A stretch of DNA of 57,483 nucleotides, filler included, from Perkinsus olseni (Eukaryota), in the NCBI GenBank assembly GCA_013115125.1. It is 6 parts of 6 records of this genome, joined end to end, with 100 filler letters (N's around TTAATTAATTAA, not from the genome) between each part and the next. Parts side by side here need not be neighbours in the genome. Positions count along the whole stretch, not along the records: positions 48,114 to 57,483 come from JABANN010000919.1; 5 more parts are not named here. One strand, given 5' to 3'. The notes under the pieces were generated by a model, which searched no databases, was not told where the DNA came from, and saw nothing but the letters and a program-made list of their open reading frames with translations. Below are positions 50,060 through 57,483 of this stretch, piece after piece; the stretch's first letter is position 1; each line of letters opens with the position of its first letter. Position numbers and translations under genes: made by a program.

Positions 50060-50384
50060 ACCAAAATCCCCGGGGACAGCGCCTTGGATTTTGGTCAGCT
50101 GCCTTGGATTTTGGGAATTGCCCTTCTTCGTCGGGTTTCTGATTCACGGGGACTATGGTCAGTACTCCACTAGGCATTGGTTTTCTTTGGTTGACGATGC
50201 GTCGTTGCATGACGACCAGCAACGCAACGCAGCGGTAGTCGCAACGCACTAAGGCCAAAAGACAAGGACGCGTTTTCCGGCGCCTCGGCTTTTTGTCAGG
50301 TGCCTTGGAATTCGTACTTTGCCCGATTTTGGTCACGTGTCTTGGAATTTGAAGTCACGTGTCTTGGAATTTGAACTTTGCCCT
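50060..50384. repeat. Cluster of CCTTGGA(A/T)TT units related to the 20-bp family
   Basis: GCCTTGGATTTTGG twice with 21-bp spacing, GTCACGTGTCTTGGAATTTGAA twice, and CCTTGGAATTCGTACTTTGCCC. Confidence 0.7.
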
Positions 50385-51814
50385 ATGTTATCGGCTCAGG
50401 TTTATTTGACACTGCCTTTCGCGAGCCGCTTGTGACAAGCGGCTTGTCAGTATCGACAGCGAGTTCCAAACAAAGGTTGATCGGGTGTCAGCAATGCCGC
50501 CTACCCACTTGACCAAAAAAGAAACACTGACTGAGTTTCAAGTCGTACTGTAGTTGAGCCTTTTCTCCGGCAGTGTCGACCTCAGCTCGGCCTTCTGCAC
50601 TTCATGTCCGCTTGCACGCTATCGGCACGAGGGTAGTACCTTAACAGTTGAAGTTCAATTCCTTTAACTGTATGGTTAATGGACAACTCCCCCCGAAAGT
50701 AACTCATCAGGCGAGAAGCTACTATGCCGGGGTTGAATCTGCGTGATGAACAACTTGGAGTGTAGGCTCATCCGCTAGGCCGTGTTCTCTCATTCGGATT
50801 AAGCGGTACACTACGTCAGCATCTTCCATCAGCTACCACCTCCCCAGTCAGCTGATCGCCCTTCTTAGTGTTCATCCATTTCGTTCACGACTCATTGAAC
50901 CCGGTAGCTTGCAACTGACGACATACATGCCAGATGATGCTTTCCAGGGGAGTGGAGGCGCTTCATTGCAGCTTGGCCCCCCCGCGCAACTCTCATGAAC
51001 CGAACACGGCTCGCGAATGGCATCGGTATGCCTTGAAACTGAGAGTAGCTGCTCGGTGAATTGTCATGCTAGATGGTTATATGGCTGAGTCGTCGACATG
51101 GAGTAGAGCCCGCTAAACAATAATGAATGATTTTGTCTGAAACGTTACGGGAGATCTAGGTCACAGTGGCATGTCGTGCGCTGTATGCGCTCAGTGCCTC
51201 AGCCAGCCTGTCAAACATCGAGGAGGCGTCGGACCACGACTCGAAGCATATTTGCATCTGAGAGGACACTCCAGTTTCGATCAAGTGCCAGTCCCAGTTT
51301 TATACACTGCGTGACGATACTGCATTCGATAAGTCACGTGTGATCTCACCGGTATTCTACAGAAGATTTTCCTCCACAAAAAGCCACCCAGCATAGCACC
51401 GCGGACGAGAACAGATATCTCAAAAACTCACCGCTTCATGATTATCAGTGTTCGATCTACAGTATACATCAGGAGCTGCTGCTTCCCTCTCACACTCTGC
51501 GAGTACCTGTGTGGGCATCACCAGGGCCAATCAACCCAAAATCCTGGACGCGACCCGGAGCACAGAAGGCCGCCGCATCAGTTTTCAGAATTGTTAGATA
51601 GCGTGCAACTCTACACAGGACGATAGGCGAGAAAGCCTGTAGCCCGCCCTCGAACCCTCCAATCAACGTCAGGTTTATTCCCGGCGAGCCGGATCAATGC
51701 TCAGTGAACAATTATTGAACATCTTGGAATCTTATTTCTGAGAGCGAGTGGGCAGGCATGAGTGACGCTGATAACAGTGCTTAGACGGCCGCCCTAGCAC
51801 TAAGTGGCGGTCCT

Positions 51815-54800
51815 CACCTCCTGTAAACCCTCTGAGTCAAGACTTCTGTGAGCTGCTCGCTTAGTGCACTCCAGCTTCGCCGGTTCCTCGACTTCCGGCG
51901 AACCTTGCTGATGATGCTCGCGAACGTAAGGCCCCTGTGAAAAACCTAGAGTTCTTGTTCAAGGTGTCACACAAGGCGGCATTGGAGAGAACGGTGACCA
52001 CTTTCGGGACCAGGGCCTGCTTAGCGTCGCTAAGTTAGCGAGAGGCCGCCCCAACTGCAGTACGCCGAGTACAATCGACAAGCATGCCTGGCCATGAGGT
52101 AAACGCGATAACGAGGCCTACCGTCGGCTCTTGAATGGCTCCTGTCCTTCCCGGATATCTCGACTGCGAGTTGAACGATGCTGTTAAGACAAAAATCTCG
52201 CCGGTGGAGCCTTGCCGGTCGACGGCTGCTAGTCGAAGACCCCGTATAGCCGCGAATGGTACCTAGCGAACTTCGGAACTTCCCGTCGGGCTGTTGGAGT
52301 GGCACTCAAGGCTCGGCCGGGACCACCTTCAGCTCAAGCGAGCTGCCGTGCTTTGTAGATAGCTTGAGGATCGCTTCCGGGGTGATGCAGTAGAATGTTC
52401 GAACCGTCGACTCTAAGAAGACTGGAACATCGCCCTCGCAGTGGAATCGCGATCTAAAACATCTCGGAGTCGCTAAATACAGAAAAAAGGCTCCAGTACG
52501 ACCTCGGCAAAACGCAGAATTCTTCCAACTTTTCAATCCTGGAAATGCCCGGAACAATTGGTGGACTCACTCTCCTGCAACTCCACAGAATAGATGATTG
52601 TTGCGTCTATTCCCTGCTGCCCTTGCCCTTGGTCAGCAATGCGGAGAGCGCGGGATACGACGGCCAGGTCAGGGTCGTACTGCTTGAGGCATCTCCAGCC
52701 ACCGGTGTGAAGCGCAGGGCGAACTTGCTCGTGATGCTCCGACCTAGGAGAAGAACTCCAGAACAGACTTCAATCGGGCCAATGGCACCACGTTCGTCGC
52801 TTTCACCAGCGGTGACATTTAAGGCTAAGCAGAGGTAATGGCAGTGGATTACAATACAAGATCAATGTGCTATGGCTAGACTTCTACGGTTGTCGCTAAC
52901 ACTCCCTATCTAACTCTCTTTGTTTTGGACCCATTTACTAGGGGCTGTGACCGTGACATTCTCCAATCACGAAGCCTGCCAGCGCCAGCCCAGCTCACCC
53001 GTCCCAGTCCGTATCCTTATCGATAACGGAGTTACGAAGCCCTCGGAATATCGATGCTAGACCCAAAAGAACTGCCGATATCAAGCATAGCGCCAGCGTT
53101 GATAGCCCGGTGATCACACCCTGAAACCGAAGCCATTACACCAGGCAAGTTAACGGCGGAGAAAGCAGGGGAGAAGTACTGAATGATCGAATTGCGTCGC
53201 CTGTAAAATGGCTCCCTCCTGCGAGAAATTCAAATGAGGGAGTAACTATTCAGTAATTCAAAACCACCCTCGGGCGCGCACAGAGAGAAGTGCATCGTTC
53301 AGGTAGTATTCATACCCTCTCACCGGAATCAGAGCAAGGATGGTAGCATGTCTAGTAGCACCCCATGGATGCCACAGGGCGAGGAGAGCTCCACGATAGA
53401 TCCTAATGACTCCGAGCTGGATGCCGGTTACCACTCCATCACTGACACCGGTGATCGCCAGCTGAGCTAAGCGTGATGCCTGACACACACTTCCTCGCAG
53501 GGAAGTTCTCGCACGACCGAGTGAATTGGAAGACTATTGGTCATAATTCACCTCGATAGTGTCTTCATAGGAGGTCATATCAAAACTTCTCCCTCGTCGC
53601 TCGTTTTGGTCTTGATCCTCCATCCAAATCCACTGGAGGTAAATTATGATAGCATCAGCCGTAGCATGCAAGCCACCGGTCATTCTCGACAATGAGTCGA
53701 ACAAGCCCCCGATGACCCCAGCACCAATTGACTTCACACCGCGACCTACGTCACAACGCTGCAAGTGCCGCCCATTGCAAGGGACTACTCCCAACACACC
53801 TAGGGAAGTCGTGAGCGAATGAGAGTCTCCTCGTGAGGAGGCGTCCGTCGAGTCTCTGAGTAGGTCAACCACTCGATCTCCAACCTGAACATGCAGGAGA
53901 TCGTTAGAAAAATGTCTTAATACTGTCTATGCCCGAATCCCAACGGAACACCCGCCGTTGAGCTCAACGGCCGCGTGCCTCAAAGGATGAGATCAGCTGG
54001 ATATCAAACGGACATCCCCATCACGGTGTTAAACACTCAGTGTTTTACGATGCGCCCGGAATTTCACTGGTGGACGGATTTCCCTGGACTTCCGGGCAAG
54101 GCCTGTAGGATAACATTTCGTGTAGCTAGGGACTCACTCTGTTCAGAAATGTGACAGGATTGCCGAGAACATCGATAGAGCCTATAATCTTGAGGAACTG
54201 CATCATACCTTCTCGTAGATAGAAGCTGGCTACATCAGAGGCCTGAAGTAATACTCAGGTAATCCTCCACTCGTCACATGCGAGACAAGCTGACGAAGCT
54301 GGAGGTGAGCCTCGTTTGACACGAAAACCAGCACAGAAAAAAATCGGCATATTCATCTTGAAGATTGCCACCGCCGTCCGATCCGTGAATATGAATTCAC
54401 AGCGTACGAGTTCCGCCGGAGTAGCAAAGGAGTGCTCAGTCGTGATGGCCTTGAAGCGTATTGGGGAATTGGAGACCTTCGGGACGTTCTCGAAGGCGGC
54501 GTTCAGTAGACGAACCTATCGGATAAGTGGACTAGCCTGTGGAATGGAACGAAACAAGATCCCTTCAACTCATATGAGTAGATTACGGGGAGAAGATATT
54601 TCTTTTTTTCAACTCGGCGATTATTCACAGGGAGTAGCCGTGTTTCTTCACGAGCTATCACTCCCAAAATCCACGAAAAAGACTGTGGATTCCCATTATC
54701 CGTTCATAGCTGTCTCAAGCGGGCGGATCATTCGGCACTGTCCGCTTGGAGATTTCTCGCAACAGCCTGATCATGATCTACGTTCAACGCGACCTCACCA

Positions 54801-57483
54801 GGGCCACGTTATCATCCTTTCCTCTACTCCCTGGCTTCCCCCGCGCGCTCTTCGTGTGCAGGGAGAAGTTTACCTTCACCTGAGGAAGCACCAGCTCAAC
54901 TTCATGAGATGACCGACGAGTCTTCCGCCGCAGGGAAAGACGATTGAGGTTAAACACGGTTCCAGGGCCACTAACGGAAAATGCTCAAACGCTTCCAACG
55001 CAATGACTCTTAGCGAAGTTATGAGCTAGATCGTACCGGATCCAAGATGAAGGTTTGGATGTAGACCTTGCTGTCCGCTGGCGCCCTCTGGTTGGGACCG
55101 AATTCCGGAGTACCTGTCGAGCAGCGGTGTATTATGTCGAAATGTCATACCACACCATCTCGAACTCACCTAGCATCTTTTGATGGGCCAGCGAAGAAGC
55201 CGCGGATGCTCTAGCAGTTGCTCGTCCTAAAATTGCCTGTTCGTCATTCATTCCCGCGGCTCGCACAGAGTCCACGTATTTCGCCATGCTTGCGGGGACG
55301 ACATCGAAAAGGCTGTTCAACTCCATCATGAACCTAGCAGCCGACACTGAGTTCTGACAGAAAGGCAGTCTCTTTCGTTCCGCAGCTCACGACGGCGGGC
55401 TTCCGTACGACATATCCCAGTAGCGAGGCCATGTTTTACTGGACTCGTTCGTTGGACAAGCTCAATGTGAAGTAACGTATTGTGGCATTCAGGTAACGTA
55501 AGGCTCCTTGTAAAATACGACCTGCTTACCGCAGCAGACGGACGAACGACTTCTGGTCTACGTTGATGACTAGAGGTTGTAGTGTCACATTCAGACAGCG
55601 GATCTCCCGTATGTTTCTCCACTGGTTGCCCGGCATCAGCACCATCCCGACCTGCGATACATCACAGGAGTGACCACAGGATGTGCGACAATGAGGACAA
55701 CACTGTGGCTTCTTCATACCTCCATACGGCCGATCACATTACTATCAGCATCCATAGAGAAATCACCGACCAACGTTGCGTGGGAAGGCAGCGCTCTCAA
55801 TTACCTGGAAGCTCGGTTCTGCCATAACGGGCAGAAGGTCTCCGAGTCCCTTTCGACTCGAAGTCGTCACCTTCGTATGTAGCAGGGTCTTGAAATACCT
55901 GCGAGAGACCGGCTCTCGCGATCGCAGCACGCCGGCCCGAACGGAATTGGCCAGTACTGGGAAAGCACTAGCCTTCGCTCAAGGAATTGTTATACGGGAG
56001 CCAGACAAACGACAATCCACCGTGCTGAAAACCTCACAAAGAAAGACTAACTCCCGGCGATGTACCCATCTTTGACATGATTGTCGACCTGGACTCTTCC
56101 CACACTGAGCTGGACAGTCGAGTCCGTGCTGGGACCGCCGGCCCGCTTCACTGACAATAGTATTCGCTTGGCAGAGGCGTACCTAGCGCGACAGTGCCTT
56201 TATGCATCGTGAACGAAAGAGGTGCAGCTATTTAACGAAGCTGAGATTTGCCAGAAACTGATCACGCCGAGGCTTAATTGCAGTTTGCATAATAATGGAT
56301 AACATGACTTTGAATCCGACAGACGAAGAGTCAAAGCGTCTTCTGAGTGCTCGTCTTCAGGATAGGCGAACCAACTTGACCGCGGATCTCCAGCAAACGC
56401 GTAGTGCCTCCGAGGCACTGCCTCGGGAGATCTGTTGCGAACATACAGGAGCTCTTCAGGTGCTGAGTCAATGAGACTTATGCCGATGCCCTCCAACTCC
56501 AAAGTCATGCTCAACTGTACTCTAGAGGGGCCGGTATCGGGTTCAGTAGATGACCCCCTGGGCTGAGAAGCTACACCCGTCGATGCAGTCGTTGTGGTAC
56601 CTGGCCGAGACACGCGACGACCTAGCGGCAATAAGCGTATATGACTTCGAAAACTTCATGAAGTTAGGAGTTTTCCCTGAATCTAACCTGGTCTACATTG
56701 TGAGATAGCTTCTCTAAGCTACAACGGTGCGAGCGATGTGGCGCTTCGAAGGCAATAAGTCGGCATTCCTCATCAGGCGGTAACTTACTGCTGGTAACGA
56801 GAAGCTCTTGAATATCGGGACGCAAGTTGACTCCTCGAAGAGCTGTTAGTTTCTGCGCAGCGAGTGCCCATTCTAACGCTGCTGGCGATACGGCTTCGCC
56901 CTGGGCCTGCGACAGAAAGTCACCGATCGCACGAGCTTGTCGGACATGGTCGATAGCAAGATGCGCAAGCCAGCGAAAACGGACTTCTTCTCTTCCATCC
57001 TGCACCGAGAAGGCGTCACTGCTGTTGAAGGCTTTGCGGCAATACTCAGTCGCAGCCTTCACGCCGAACATGGCAGCCAAATCCTCGGGCATCGGACGCT
57101 CTAGCAGGTCGAGGCCTGAAAAGACAAACAGACAACCTCAGAAAGAGGTGACGTATCCCTTCCCACGTCCAAAGAGTCCCTCGAGCCTCCGATCGATTCG
57201 CGGCTTCTTCGCCGAACCAGACTCCTCCCATTCGCTGCGGTAGCTGGAGACCGCTGAGTATTCCGAACCTAAGAGGCAGATCAGTTGAAGACCACAACAT
57301 ATTGAGCTGTCCCGCGAGGCGCAGGGGATTGCGAGCGTTTCTGCTAGTCTACGATCGAGGAGCAACGCGCCCACTTTGTGCGCCCTGACCTCTAACCGAC
57401 CAGTAGGAGAATCCCGAACACTCACCATCGTCGCTGGCGACCTCAAGCGGTGTTCTCGGAGACGCCAACGGGCCTGGAAAGCG
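51815..57483 (-). CDS. VPS13: VPS13-family lipid transfer protein, C-terminal part (5' truncated; 3' end uncertain)
   Basis: LELEGIGISLIDSAPEELLYV, RVDNH, KVYIQTFILDP, LSIDVLGNPVTFL, VGRGVKSIGAGVIGGLFDSLSRMTGGL and GVSDGVVTG are typical of VPS13 C-terminal segments. Confidence 0.8.

Noticed and set aside
54316-54912. 198-aa plus-strand ORF
   Set aside because: It lies antisense within the VPS13-like gene and has no motif.

Overview
This window is not one locus. It holds six unrelated ~9.4-9.6 kb contigs (1-9615, 9716-19314, 19415-28969, 29070-38527, 38628-48013, 48114-57483), in decreasing length order and joined by artificial 100-nt N44-TTAATTAATTAA-N44 linkers. The DNA is eukaryotic, with mostly short GT-AG introns, and most likely comes from Perkinsus/Perkinsozoa, since it contains a near-exact Perkinsus-type 22-nt spliced leader (SL). 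Hand-spliced genes: a Nol9/Grc3-like kinase, a membrane protein with two START-like domains, FolC/FPGS, an RRM-KH-CysRS-anticodon-like RNA-binding protein, GPN3, a Gos1-like SNARE, a class V aminotransferase, an ALMT/FUSC-like transporter, Tim13, a PDI, the VPS13 C-terminus, tRNA-Arg(ACG) and tRNA-Ser(GCT). The most striking feature is in contig 2. An LTR-type gag-pol ORF (CCCH fingers, protease, RT, RNase H, start of integrase) is directly preceded by a genomic SL exon, then a 32-nt GT...AG segment, then T-ATG. This suggests a retroelement that carries its own spliced leader or targets SL genes. Just upstream lie a miniature LTR-PBS-LTR relic, a dispersed 20-bp-unit repeat and a tRNA-like A/B-box segment. 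Exon boundaries were inferred by eye and are approximate.
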